In this document: in pieces, positions 1 through 12,503 of the stretch
Numbering within the stretch: the first letter of the stretch is position 1
How the letters are laid out: each line of letters starts with the position of its first letter
Assembly: GCA_013265495.1 (NCBI GenBank)
Contig: MU057724.1
Location: 1,379,102-1,443,101, forward strand
DNA length: 64,000 nucleotides
DNA from: Vicugna vicugna
Taxonomy: Eukaryota
Direction: 5' to 3'
Made by a program: the position numbers and the translations under genes
Notes under the pieces: model-generated
What the model saw: the letters and a program-made list of their open reading frames with translations, nothing else
Databases searched by the model: none
Told to the model about the DNA's origin: nothing

Positions 1-3000
1 ACTCAGTGCTGGTTTTCCAGTGGCGTATTACAGACTTAATACTTCTACTTTTTTGAGTGGTGCTTTGTTAGACGATAAAGATGAGTACTTTATAAGTCGT
101 CTGCATTTATAATATAAAAATTAATGAGATAATAAAACCATATAATACATTATAATATTAAAGCAGCAATATCTGTCTTAGAAAAGTCTGTGTTTAGTAA
201 CCCAATCACTTGGCTTGAGAGTGACCAGATGATTTAAAGTCGTTCATGTATGTCCTTCTTGTTTCTACGCTGTAGACAGTCTTCTCACCCCCACGCCCAT
301 CACGTCAGTTTCTCAGGGAACCTCCCCCCGCCAGTCACCTGCGCAGCGGCTGGGTGCCATCTGCCCGGGACCCGGGCTCTCCCCTCTGGGCGCTGGGGGG
401 ACGCCTCGGGCTGGCCCCTCTTTTTCATTCCCCAAAGTGTCACGGGCTCTAAAGCACAGAAACCCGGTGTCCCAGCTCACTCCTCCCTGGCATGCGAGGG
501 AGACAAGGCTGACTTTGTCCCAGTAACACTGAATTCGGCTTTGACGCGTAATCTGGTAGGTGGTGGTCTCTTTCCTCTGCCTGGACGGAACCAACCCCAC
601 CCTTATCCTCAGAGTAACAGTCACCTTTGATGTCGATCATTGTTTTAGTTTAAAACCTTGAATACTTAAAGCCTTTGAACCTCTCCAAACAGCAGTTCAT
701 CTTCCTCAGCGTTAATCAGTTTCAGGCTCTGATCAGATCTCTGAGCCTTTAACCAGAGTTTTCATCTTTTAATCTGACCTCAAAAAAACCTTTCCATTTT
801 ACTTGATTGTTTCAGCTATATTTGACTTGCTAGAAATATGGATAAAGATTATTCCAGTTTTGAACATACTAGGTTTCAGTCACAAAATAAAATTTCTCCC
901 TTGCTTGTAATAACGCACTGACTGACCTCCCCGGATGTTTTGCGCCGACCGGTGCACCGGCGCAATGAGCTAATGAATAAAGGCTTTGGGGAAGACGTCA
1001 TTTGATGACATTTATCATATTCAATTATAGTTTAAAGTCAGAAGGCTTTTCATTTTTACATCCACATTTCCAGATATAAAGTAGACTCGCATCCAAAATT
1101 TTAACTGTCATATAATGGCTTTATTTCTTCCTTGTAGATATAGCTTAGATGTAGGATTTTTCTTTGTAAACTGAATATGCAACTGAGAATAACATGTTTC
1201 TAGGAATAATGACCTACATGTTACCTGATCCTGTTCATCCAGAATGTTTGTATCTCTCCCCCTTAAGCTTCAGAAAGCACCGCGAAGTAGGTAGAGCAGG
1301 GATGTGAATCGTGCACGTGTCCTCATATGCAGCTCTTCATGTATCCACTTTGACTGGCTCCTTCTAGTTCCCTTATGGTGAAAACCTTAGTGCCTCCCAC
1401 AAGAGAGGAGGAGGAGTGATGATCACCACTGCAGGTTTCACAGGAGCTTTGCGGGAGAAAAACGTAGTTCTTAAGCTCTTTTTCACAGGGCTGGGCATGT
1501 GCTGCTAGCTCAGCGTTTTTCAATCCTTCTTTTGGTTTCAAAGACAGAAGAAAACATGTGAATAAAACAAACACCCTCTAATTCTCATTTCTTTCCTGTT
1601 GAGATCGGACATACGCCCCAAACTGCCTGCTCCCCAATTCTCTCTGCAGAGCACTTCTCCCCAGTTCCTTATATTATGACCCTGATTTTTATTCTGCAAG
1701 ATACCATGGTACTCAGTACACACAAATTCTCTAGAAAATAACGGAATTCTGTGTAACAAAAGAAACAGCCAAAATTATAGATCAGATAACAAATAGAAGC
1801 CGTCATCAGTTAATTTTTTTCCTCTATGTGCCTCAGAAAAGCCACTCCCAGAGTCGGGGTTAGCGACTATGGCTTCACTCTAGAGTAACCGAGTGTGAGG
1901 TCACGTTCCGGAGAAGACAGCCAGGTCACGCCCCGGTGCCACCAGGGTCCCGGGGCTGTTTGTCTGGTGCCTGCTGTCTCATCACACAGATGAATCAGTG
2001 GACGGTCTTAACTTCGTAAACTCTAGAACTAGGTGCTCATTTTATTCCACGTGCCTTTCAAGGACTTCCTACAGATTTAAAAATCCTCATAATGAAAACT
2101 TCTGCCTGTTGAGTAAACTGAATGCTCCCAATTCTGCAAATGAGCGGATCGTCCTTGTTCTGACCTCCTCAGAGATGATCAGCTGAGCAGTCTCCTCGGG
2201 GCCCATCCTTCCCACCCAGGGAGCGTTAATAAGGCGTCTTTCCCCGGCTCACTGAGGTCGTCCTGGTGATTTCATGTTTCCCTCATGTTCTACAAAAGTC
2301 ACGCACTCATATCTCATTTCCCCAATTCATCCATCACTTTTATTCTCGTCTTTCAGATCATTTCTTCCAATTTTATTTTTAAAAGGTGCAGCAGTGTAGC
2401 CAATAAAAGTGGATTCATATCGTAATCAACACTGGCAGTGGCAGGCTCAGGGAGGCAGGGTTCTGGACGTCAGTCCCCACGCCTCACTGAACCCTCTCTC
2501 TGCCGTCATGTTCTTCCCCAGCCTGGTGGTTACATTATTGTTTTAGACGAAGGCATGTCACAAAACAGCAAAAGTGGGGCGATCAGCAAAGGGTTATACC
2601 CATCAAGTGTGTAACGTTCCTGTTCAATCAGGTAGTTATCACAAACTAAGTGAAATTATTGCATGACTTACACGCACCCTAGATTTTCCACTTATGTGTT
2701 TTAACAAGCCAAAGTGTAATTATATAATCTTTATGGGTTCGTCTGCAGTCAAATGTATCTGTATTGTTTTCAGGTTGTCACACTAATTAGATGGTGTACC
2801 ACTTGGCTGAGCTTAAGAAATGTGCTCATATGACTATTGGATTGTTTGCAATATCTTGCACAGTTCTGGATGTGAATAGAATAATAATTTTTGAATGAAT
2901 GTGAATAAACCTACTTATGTTTATTGCAACTAAGTATCTTATTTCATCTATATATTTGCCCTCTACACTCACACCAACACATTTCTAGTTACATATAAAT

Positions 3001-3487
3001 GCACCTAAGTATTATAAATACATCAATGTTTATATACATTATGTTTCACATGTACAGGTATAAATGTGAGTTTATTATACATACATATATACATATATAT
3101 ACACACACACACATTTATTTATATGCCTTAAAAGTTAAGTAATTTCCATTTGATGAGCTTTCATTTGGGATAATCATTTTATAAATCTTGATTAATATAT
3201 TCTGAAGAGAAATATTTTTGTGCTATGACCAAATATAATTCTTACTTTGCTTTTCAGAGCCAAATGTCATTAATATTCTGTTTTGAACGAGTCACTAAGG
3301 AAAAGAACCAAAGGTGTTCTGTGTGAGGCTGCTTCTCAGAGATTCTAACATCCCTTAAAAATTATTTGAGGACTAATGTGCTTTTTTCTAACGTGGGTTA
3401 TAAATATCACTATTTCTTATAGAAGTCAAAAATTTTTAAAGTTAAAATGTTATATCTAAATTCATTTAAAATGGCAATTTTAAACTA

Positions 3488-3965
3488 TTTTTAATGGCTG
3501 AGTAGTTTTCCATTGTATAAATAAACCACAACTCCTATTTGCAGCAACATGCGTGGACCTGGAGATCATCATTCTAAGTGAAGTAAGCCAGAAAGAGGAA
3601 GATAAATACCACATGAGACCACTTATATGTGGAATCTAAAGAAAGGACACAAATGGACTTATTTACAAAACAGAAATTGACTCACAGATGTAGAAAACAA
3701 ACTCATAGTTACCAGGGGGAAAAGGGGTTGTGGAGGGATAAACTGGGAGTTCAGGATTTTCAGATACACCTACCATATATAAAACAGACGAACAGCAAGT
3801 TTCTACTGTAGAGCACAGGGAACTACATTCAATATCTTGTGATGACCTATAATGGAAAATAATATGAAAAGGAATATGCATATAAAATGTATAATTGAAT
3901 CGCTACGCTGCACACGAGAAACTAACACAACGCTGCAAATCGACTATCCTTCAATCTTAAAAATG
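3488..3965 (+). mobile_element. 5'-truncated lineage-specific (cetartiodactyl/camelid-type) L1 3' end with a short 5' inversion
   Basis: 3536-3965 matches the L1 ORF2 C-terminus and 3'UTR (tttgcagcaacatgcgtggacctggagatcatcattctaagtgaagtaagccag...gactatccttcaatcttaaaaa) and is colinear with the copy at 6335-6735. 3488-3535 is the reverse complement of the adjacent upstream L1 segment. Confidence 0.9.
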
Positions 3966-4029
3966 AGCAAATTACACTCTTGTGAAAATAGGGTTTCCAC
4001 TTAAAGACCCTCCGCGATCCTGGGGGACC

Positions 4030-4255
4030 GGGACTTTGATCGTCACTGCCCTGGAGGCAGGGAGTGGAGAGAATTTTGAGGCACAGAAGAGAATGAGTCA
4101 GAGAAGAGGGGGGGAGGCAGAGTCCAAACGGGAGGGAGGGAGGGGTTTATAAACAAGCCGTCGGGCCAGGGCGGGGCGGCGTGGGAGGGCGCCCCGGCCG
4201 CGTCCACGGTCTTCTGGGAATCGGACTCCAGGCAGGTCCCCAGATCAAAGGGCAC
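4030..4255. promoter_or_regulatory. Candidate promoter/enhancer motif cluster
   Basis: CTTTGAT 4034-4040 and AGATCAAAGG 4242-4251 (TCF/LEF), TGAGTCA 4094-4100 (AP-1), TTTATAAA 4146-4153 (TATA-like), GGGCGGGGCGG 4169-4179 (Sp/KLF), TTCTGGGAA 4212-4220 (STAT GAS). Confidence 0.35.
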
Positions 4256-4779
4256 TGCTGCCCGGGTGACCACCACACCCCATCACGAGAGGGCAGGGCG
4301 GTGATCGAGTGTCGTGTGGCCACTGCCCTTCCTCAGATATATTAACGATCTTTAAAAATTAAAAAATACTGCAAAAAAGATTTCAAAAAATCGTTCAAAG
4401 CACATATTACAGAGCCTTTTCATAGAATTTGAAGCTCCCATTATTTCTGAACACGCTGTGGTTTTAGGTATCAGACCCTTGTACTTGGCCACAACTCGTT
4501 GTACTGATGGCCGGTGCGCAGGTGGGAAAAGCCAGGGTCGGTGAGGTCCTAACACGAACGCCTTGAAGCCTGTGAGAGGCAGGACCAGGTCTGATGCTCG
4601 CGTCAGGTTTGGGTGTCACACCTCTTCCTCTGTTCACTGAAGTGAAACGTGTGGTTTTCCCACCATATGCTTTGGTTGTACTTCCACCTGCAGTAACGGA
4701 AAAGCCAGTTACACGGACGTAAGCAGTTCGGTTTTTCTCACGTCGTGAAGAATCTGAAAGCATCCAGCGTTTGGAGGTG

Positions 4780-5190
4780 ATTCAGGGGCCCCGTGGCCCC
4801 AGCGGCGTCTCGGCGGCTTGCCGGCTTCTCCTCTCCGTCCCAGGACGGCGCTGCGGGGCCCACAGCGCACGTTTACGGGGAGGATTAATGAGGAAATCGG
4901 GCAGCCGTGAGGCCTTCCGTGTGTGTCGCATCAGAGGACTGTGCCCGGGGGCGGCACGTGGCCTGCGGTACCTTCCGGCCCCTGCAGCACAGTCAGGGAG
5001 GAAGGGGGCCGGGTGGGGTGGGATGTGGGTCCGCCCGGGCTGCCCTCCCAGGACCCCTTTCTCCTTTTCGGCAGACTCGCTGCCCCAAGGGAAGCGGACC
5101 ACTTCCCCAGGCCGTGGCGCACCGCATGGTCTCCGGCCCCTCTCCCCTCGTGGACAGGGGGCTCAGGGACCCAGGCCGTCCACCTGCAAC
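4780..5190. other. CpG/GC-rich patch
   Basis: Visibly high GC and CpG density; overlapping ORFs in many frames with no recognisable protein. Confidence 0.55.
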
Positions 5191-5289
5191 GAGGGTTAGA
5201 GTCAGCACAGCCGTTTTCCCCAATGTCAGTCAACAGAAGCCAAGGGCATTTTCTTTGCAGAAATTCCCTCTGCTTTGAGGAATAATCTA

Positions 5290-5570
5290 ACATAAAAACC
5301 CATCTCTACTCCTCTGTGTCTGTGTGTGTGCAGACGCGCACATCGGTCTAGGACTCGTCACAGCCGGGCACGAGGGCTGCGTGCAGAGCAGGGCAGAGAC
5401 AGGACGGTCACGTGGGAGACGGGGCAGAAGCGTCGTGAATCCCAGCCTCTCGGGCGTCCTGCACTTAGACTCTGTCACTTCCATGAGCTAATACATCTTT
5501 TTTATGTCTTAAGCCATTTTGGATTTTCTATTGCTTTTAGCTTATCGCAACCATCTGATAAATTGACTGG
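5290..5570 (+). mobile_element. ERVL-MaLR LTR fragment (MLT1J/K-like)
   Basis: Ends with acttccatgagctaatacatcttttttatgtcttaagccattttggattttctattgct, resembling the MLT1 LTR poly(A)/U5 region. Confidence 0.4.
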
Positions 5571-5619
5571 CACAACCAGGAACTAACATGGAGATGAATA
5601 ATTCAAGTTCCAGTTTAGT

Positions 5620-6000
5620 CTGAAAAATATTTGCTGGGAACCTATTATGAACAGTGCTGCCCATGTGGTAGAGGGATCACAAGAACCAACTGTTTTAAGA
5701 TTTTAGTTTCGTGTGTTGCTGCAAGTACACATTAATTATTACATAAGGAAAAATAAACACGCGGGGAGTGCCATCTTAGGGTCAAGGTGCTTTTATGACG
5801 AGGCAGAACTTGTGTATGAGTTAATGTCAGGGAGAGTCTGGTCAGACACAGTTGGATGCAAGTTCTAGGGACAGAAAATAACATCAGCAAGGCCAGAGCC
5901 CAGGCCGTCGGGGAACACATTTGTGGAGCAGCCTCTTTCCTGTTTTCCAGGCATTTGGAACGTGCCAGAGAGGTAACCTTAGAACTGATAGCTGAAAAGT
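5620..6000 (-). mobile_element. L2 LINE 3' fragment
   Basis: aaaaatatttgctgggaacctattatgaacagtg... and gttctagggacagaaaataacatcagcaaggccagag resemble the antisense L2 3' end. Confidence 0.4.
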
Positions 6001-6029
6001 GAAGCTCAAATCACACTGTGAGTGCTGGT

Positions 6030-6745
6030 CGGAGGAACACTGTTCCTCACTGTTGGTGGGAATGTAAGTTGGTGCAGCCACTATGGAAAACAGTATGTAG
6101 ATTCTTTAAAAAACTAAAAATAGAGTTCCCATATGATCTAATAACCCCACTCCTGGGCGTGTGTCCAGAGGAAACTCTAATTTGAAAAGATACACATACC
6201 CCAACATTCATAGCAGCACTGTTTACAGAAGATAAGACATGGAAGCAACACAAATGTCCCTCGGCAGATTAAAGAAGCTGTGGTATATGTATATAATGGA
6301 ATACTACTCAGCCATAAAAAGAATAAAATAATGCCATTTGCAGCAACATGGATGGACCTGGAGATTGTCATTCCAAGTGAAGTAAGCTAGACAGAGAAAG
6401 ACAAATATCACACGATATCACTTATATGTGGAATTTAAAAAATGAACTTATTTACAAAACAGAAATAGACTCACAGACATAGGAAAGAAACTTATGGTTA
6501 GTTCCCAAAAGGGAAAGGGGATAGGGAGGGATAAATTAGGAGTTCGGGATATGCAGATATACATTACTATATACAAAATAGATAAACAACAAGGACCTAC
6601 TGTACAGCACAGGAAACTATATTCAATGTCTTGTAATAACCTATAATGAAAAAGAATATTTACATGCACGAATAACTGAATCACTATGCTGTGCACCAGA
6701 AACACAATATTGTAAATCAACTCTACTTCAATGAGAAAAGTTAGC
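6030..6745 (+). mobile_element. Lineage-specific L1: ORF2 C-terminal remnant plus 3'UTR
   Basis: cactgttggtgggaatgtaagttggtgcagccactatggaaaacagtatg...aatggaatactactcagccataaaaagaat...tgtaaatcaactctacttcaat; canonical L1 ORF2 end followed by a cetartiodactyl-type 3'UTR. Confidence 0.92.
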
Positions 6746-8789
6746 ATTTTATTTTGAGCGGCAACTAATTTAATGGACTCTCATTAATGCAAGAAGGGTT
6801 GATTGGATGGACATTTGAGTATCGCAGGGAATTATGTAAACAGTTTTAAAGCCGTGCTTTAGTGACGACAGAGACCAAACAGCTCCGGAAGGGTGAGCAA
6901 AGTCTGGTGTCCGGCCGTCACAGGGGACGTCACCTGCCTCTTTTATTTCTAATCATTCTCTTCTCAGCATTCAGATTCTTCACAGAGTGGGTCTGACCTC
7001 CCTCCTGACGTGGTCCCACAGCCCTGTTAGCAGGGCAGCAGCGGTCGCTGTGAATGGGGAGATTCCTCAAGGGGGCTCTCGTCTAAACAGCAAGGGCAGA
7101 GCAAGGAGAAACCGCAGAACGTCAGGTGAAACAGCATGCTCCTCGCTGAGAAAAATGAGCAGGTTAAGTGCCAAGTGCACTGTGGCCTCGACACACAGTG
7201 ATGTCCGAGACAACAGGTATTAAAATGCTCTTGTTGTAAGAAAGGTGCAAAACAGGTTAATCAAAGACGTGATTTAACAAGACTTTTCCAAGGACAAAGA
7301 CACAGCTTTTCCAAAAGGAAATCTAATTTTTTCTTGGGCTTCCCTCCTCATATTTAAAATAGGATGCTTTGAACACAAGCTTATATGCTAACATAAATCA
7401 CCATGTCACTCCCCAGTTTTCAAAAACGGCATTACTTACCTTGAGTTTTAGAATAATGTAGATTTAGTCATTTCTGAAATAACCAGAGACCAAAGAGGAA
7501 TCATGCAGATATGTATTCCATCTCAGGAAATTTTGAGTGCAGCCACAGAATTTTAAAGATGTAATATTGAAAGACACTTCAAAGTTTCAATTTCATTTCA
7601 GTAAAAAAAAATATATTCATGGAAAACACCAATGTGGAATCTTCATGTTTCGGCAAGAAATACTAAAAAAAAAAAAAAAAATTAAAAGATCTCCTGAACA
7701 GAGGGGTCATCGGGGAATCCCATTAAGGCTCTGAGATGCCATGGAAATTTACTTCAGCATTTTGAGGCTCTAAGCACCAAGAATGCATAGTTATGGTTGG
7801 TGAAATCATGATTTCCAATGAAAACAGTCAATGGGGTCAGTCCACACGACAGTCGTCAGGGGCTGCACTGTGTCCCCTGCAAAACGACCACGTTGGTGAG
7901 TCAACTTTGCTGTAGCGACAGGCAATCCCAGATTATCAGCGTCTTGCGTTATTTCTCATTTTCCTCGTTCCAAGACACCCAGCAGGAGAAGCTGTCTGCG
8001 GCCCAGTCGTCTGACAGCACAGGTGCGAGGGGTTGGAAGGAGCGGCCACTGCCTCTTAGAGCCTCTGTTCAGAGTCGGAGCTTTGACCCGGGTTGTGTCG
8101 TGTGGAAACTCAGTCCTCGCGGGAGATGTGCACACGGCTTCCATCGCAGCCTGCCGTGTAGACAGACACGGGTCACTGAGAACAATATCGCAGGGCATCC
8201 ACTTGGCCGTGAGTATCCGTTTCTTTCAGAGACACAAAACACACCGAATCCTCCTTCCCAAATCACTCGAGGCCCGTGGGGCATCAGGACCAAATCCAAA
8301 ATCCCACGGCCAACGGCAGGTTCAGGCCTGTCTCCTGCTGATCCGAACCACCACAACGTGTTGGCTGTGCCACACAGCCCAGGGTCCCGGGGGGGACAGG
8401 CAGCGCCACGCCCCCTCAACATGGGAGGGGCAGGAGACACAGAGCTGTCCCTTGGCCATCGCCATTCTGAAACGTCACTTGGAAGCGCTCTGGAGTCCTG
8501 GGACTTCGTGGACAGAGAACATACTCTGCTCGAGTGCTGATTTCCTTCTAGGGCGGTCCCAGCGACCCCCGATCCATTGCGCCCCCGGCTGCTGGCTCTG
8601 CCCCGTGAGGTCCTGTCTTTCCCGCTTCCCGCTTGTCTCCAGCTAAGGCAAGCGGTGGAGAAGGGGCCGTATGTTACGAGGAGAAAGCGCAGCCAACTGG
8701 AGGGCCCGCAGAAACGTGGAACCGAAGGCGTCTGCGTAGGTGTACGTGCCAGGCACCGACGGCTCCTTTCCGTCCAGCCGGGCTGGTGC

Positions 8790-8946
8790 GGCGTGCGCGC
8801 CTGCGTGCGTGTCTGCCTGCGTGCGTGCCTGCGTGTGCGTCTGCGTGTGTGTGTGCATGTCTGCGTGTGCGTCTTCGTGCGTGCCTGCGTGCGTGCCTGC
8901 GTGCATGTCTGCGTGCATGCGCGTCTGCGTGCGCGTGTGCATGTGT
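8790..8946. repeat. Degenerate (GCGT/GTGC)n alternating purine-pyrimidine simple repeat
   Basis: gcgtgcgcgcctgcgtgcgtgtctgcctgcgtgcgtgcctgcgtgtgcgt... visible directly. Confidence 0.9.
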
Positions 8947-9129
8947 TTAATTCCAGGGGCTTCACAGTGAACTCTGAAATTGAGAAACGTGACTATTAAA
9001 ATAAGACATAAAAATAACTTTCGAGCATTGATTTTAATTCAGCAATCTTTTATTTTTTATTTTATTTTAAATAAGTTATCTACAGACCTAGTTTGTAAAC
9101 AAATACAGTGAACCTGTCTGCAAATGAGA

Positions 9130-9400
9130 GTTAGATGGGAGTTTGGCTGGTCTTTTAGTGGACGGCCCCTTTCAGGTTAAAGGCGTTATGTTTCGTTCCT
9201 ATTTTGCTAAGGGGCTTAATTTTCTAATGAACAGGTGCTGAATATTATCAAATGTTCTGTTTTATTTATTGTGATGAAACGGAATTCTTGTCCTTTTCTC
9301 TTTTAATATAGGAATATACTGATTAATTTAAAATATTAACATAAACACGCATTCTCGCACAATCACGCCTTGGTTGTGACTCACAGCACTGTCGATCTGC
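9130..9400 (-). mobile_element. Ancient L1 (L1ME-like) ORF2 RT-region fragment
   Basis: cctttcaggttaaaggcgttatgtttcgttcctattttgctaag...gtgctgaatattatcaaatg... resembles antisense L1 ORF2. Confidence 0.65.
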
Positions 9401-9999
9401 TGGTGGCTTTTGGTTTCACAGTGTTTTGTTTGTACGGTCGCTGCCCTGCCCACCCCACTCCCCCGCCCCCCGGGGCTCGGAGTGGCACTGGCTGCACCTC
9501 TCGTCCTGCAGCGCCCTTGCCCTGTGTTGGTGTAAACAGCCCACTGCTCTCATGCAAACGGGGAGAGTTTCTTTTCTAATCTGTGGCAAATTTTGCAGAA
9601 TATTAAATTCATGTCTTTCCTAATATTAGTAAATACAAATGTGCAGAGCATTGACTTTTAAGGAATAGGATTTTCTATGTGAAAAAAAAAATTCTTGTTT
9701 CTGAGACTAAACCTCCTGAAATCCAGTTATTAAATATTTTCTCAAATTTGATGTCTAAAAAGTAAAGAGAAATGAGGCAGCAGTAATGACCATTTAACAG
9801 ACTGAAAAGACTGAAGCCGTGATGCATGGCTAAGCTGTGAAAGAAGCTGGCATCACTGGCTGTTGGGGGGCGTGTGGCCCCTGTGCGGGCACTTCCAGCC
9901 ATGACGCCCGCGGGGCAGATTACTTGACCATGTGGTCAAGTTCCTCCACGGTCAGGGACTGGCCTGTCTTCTCAGACGTTTCTCCCCGTCCCGGACTGA

Positions 10000-10410
10000 G
10001 CGCCTCTTACTCAAACCCAACGTAGGCACACGTGCTGCTGCTCCGCAAACACTCCCCACCCAGGGCCCTTCCTCACGGCTGCTTCACACCGTTCCCTCTG
10101 CCTGAAATGCCCTCCCATCTCTGCTGCGGGTGCAGCCCTGCTCAGATGTCATGACCTAACTCTAAAGCCACCGTCCCCAAGAAGGCCCCCCATCCTTCCA
10201 CGGGGTAGGGCGCCCAGGGCTCTGAACTCGCCTACAATTCGGTGCCTCTCCTGGTGCATCTGTCATGTCCTGCCTCAGGGTGTCGTGACCCAGATGTCCC
10301 ACTTCTCACCTGTGCAGGAGGGAGGGAGGGAGGGGAGGAAGGGAAGGAAGGAGGATGGGAGGTAGGCAAGGGACGGAGGGAAGGAACCACAGAGGGAGGG
10401 AGGGAGGGGA
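10000..10410 (+). mobile_element. L2 3' fragment ending in a (GGAG/GGAA)n purine tract
   Basis: gttccctctgcctgaaatgccctccc and ctcagatgtca are L2 hallmarks; purine tract at 10318-10411. Confidence 0.5.
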
Positions 10411-10811
10411 AGCCTGAGCCAGCACCAATGCCCATTTAGCAGACGGAAGCTGACTGAGGCAATAATTATTCAGGATCACACATCCTGTTTCTAACAGTTT
10501 TCATCACAAGTCACTGCCAGGTGACAGCTGTACAGCAGTGTGTTGGTAACTATGTGACTCAAAAAGGAGCATGTGGGCTGTCTCATCCCCGCCTGTGTGG
10601 GAGGGAGGGATGTGCCCACAGTGCAGCGGCTGAGGTCAAGCTGGATCCTCCATGCGTTGAATACCCTTGATTTTCTGAAGCAGCCCTAAAGGGTTTTGAG
10701 CACCTGTTCCTCCTATAGATGCACAATCACCCACAGGCTGTTCTAACGTGGCGGCCAGAGTCTGCTGGGGCGGTTATCACTACAGCAAGTCGTAGCTGGG
10801 AGTGATAAGTA

Positions 10812-10825
10812 ATTACCATGGCAAC
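10812..10825. promoter_or_regulatory. RFX X-box-like palindrome
   Basis: ATTACCATGGCAAC; its reverse complement GTTGCCATGGTAAT differs from the X-box GTTGCCATGGTAAC only at the last base. Confidence 0.4.
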
Positions 10826-11034
10826 GCCGCCCTCGCACACAGGCTGCGATGAAGCGATGGCCGGAAGCACGGGAGAGACTGCCGGGCGTTTTCTGGCATC
10901 ACTCTGTGCATGTCGTCAGAGGGAGGGGTGTCTTTACAAAATCAGGTTACTTTCTTCTCAGTGAAAGGACCTCATTGCTATTGAAGCTACCGGTCACTCC
11001 GGCATATGGGAACACGCGGAATGCCCTCGTCAGG

Positions 11035-11076
11035 ACACACAGACACACACACACACACACGTACACACACACACAC
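11035..11076. repeat. (CA)n microsatellite, interrupted
   Basis: acacacagacacacacacacacacacgtacacacacacacac. Confidence 0.95.
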
Positions 11077-11479
11077 CCCCCTTTGTTGCTGAGTCGCTTC
11101 CAAACCGTGTATTTTCTTGCTTGATAGTTAATGAAACTAACCTACTGCTTGAACTTTTCATAAATAATAGGAAATGCCTTTTCAAACTGAATCCATGTGG
11201 AAAATTACGGAGACAAACATGAACTTTGAAGCAGTAAGGAACATGAATATGCCTCACCAGTAAAGCCTCTTGCAAAAGGGAATCACAGACTGAATCGGGG
11301 CAAACATCTCAGCCAAAATTGGCAGGTCGTCGCTCTACCGAGCGTCCCAAAGATTTTACAATGTTTTACAGCTTAAAATAAGCTCCCCAAGTGTGTAGAA
11401 TAGTGTGTTTATGAAAAGCTGTTTTGGTTAAAATGAGAAAGAAAGACTAGAAACAATTACTCTGCAAGAACAGTGAGAA

Positions 11480-12090
11480 CAGAACTACCACGTGGTCCGG
11501 CAGCCCCAGCCCTGGGCACGCACCTGGAAAAGCGGGAACGCTAATTTGAGAAGGTACATGCGTCCGATGTTCTTGGCCGTTTACAACAGCCAAGGAAACA
11601 ACCTAAACATCCACTGACAGACGACGGGACAAGATGTATGTAACCACAATGGGACACGACTCAGCCATATTAAAAAAAAACAATGAATCAGTGCCATTTG
11701 CAGCAACATGAACGAAGCTGGAGATTGTCACACTGAGTGAAGTAAGTCAGAGAGAGAAAGACAGACACCACATGATGTCACTTATATAAAAACTTATAAA
11801 AAAGGGTACAAGTAAACTCATTTACAAAAATACTCGCAGACATAGAGAACAGAGCAGTGGCTGCCAGTGGGGAGGGGAGGGGGAACAGGGGACATAGGAT
11901 GGAAGGTCACAGACCACTACGTACGAAACCGACAGGCGGCAGGACACACTGCGCCGCACAGGGAGGTACAGCCCTGAGCTTGCGGTCACTGCTAATTGAG
12001 TGTGATCTGCAAAAACACTGAATCACTGTCCCGTGCACCTGAAACTAGTGTAACACTGTAAACCAACTATGCTTCAACCTAAAACAAAAA
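11480..12090 (+). mobile_element. L1 ORF2 end plus 3'UTR (cetartiodactyl type), GC-shifted
   Basis: gtgccatttgcagcaacatgaacgaagctggagattgtcacactgagtgaagtaagtcagag...ctgaaactagtgtaacactgtaaaccaactatgcttcaac; homologous to 6120-6740. Confidence 0.87.
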
Positions 12091-12503
12091 GGAATTTACT
12101 CTTTATAAGAGGTTAGTATCTACCTGCTTTTAATTCTCTATCCATTCAGCATATTAATCTTGGTCCTGATTAGTGCAAGGACTGTTTCTGTTGTCTTAAA
12201 AATAAGACAGTCCACACACACACACACACACCAGCGAGCACAGCAAACCTTTACCGTAGTGTTCCTTCAGTAAACAACTATTTGGAGCACAAACCAGTGC
12301 TGACGTACCCGCTGCAGGGACCAGGGCCGCCTGGCGTGTTTTAGCAGTGTTCATAACCCATATTAATTTTTGCCCGATGAGTGATCTTCCAGAACACAAA
12401 ATTTTAAGAAAGCATACCGAATTTTACATGCCAAGAAAATATTTCCTTTCAGTAAACATCCTAAAGAAATGTCCTGAAGAAAAACACTCTGCAGTAGACG
12501 GAC

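Noticed and set aside
1323..1574. 83-aa minus-strand ORF with a possible splice acceptor
   Set aside because: No recognisable protein similarity and no clear donor site.
7818..8999. 240-, 207- and 298-aa ORFs
   Set aside because: GC-rich sequence plus a simple repeat keep the frames open; no similarity I can recognise.
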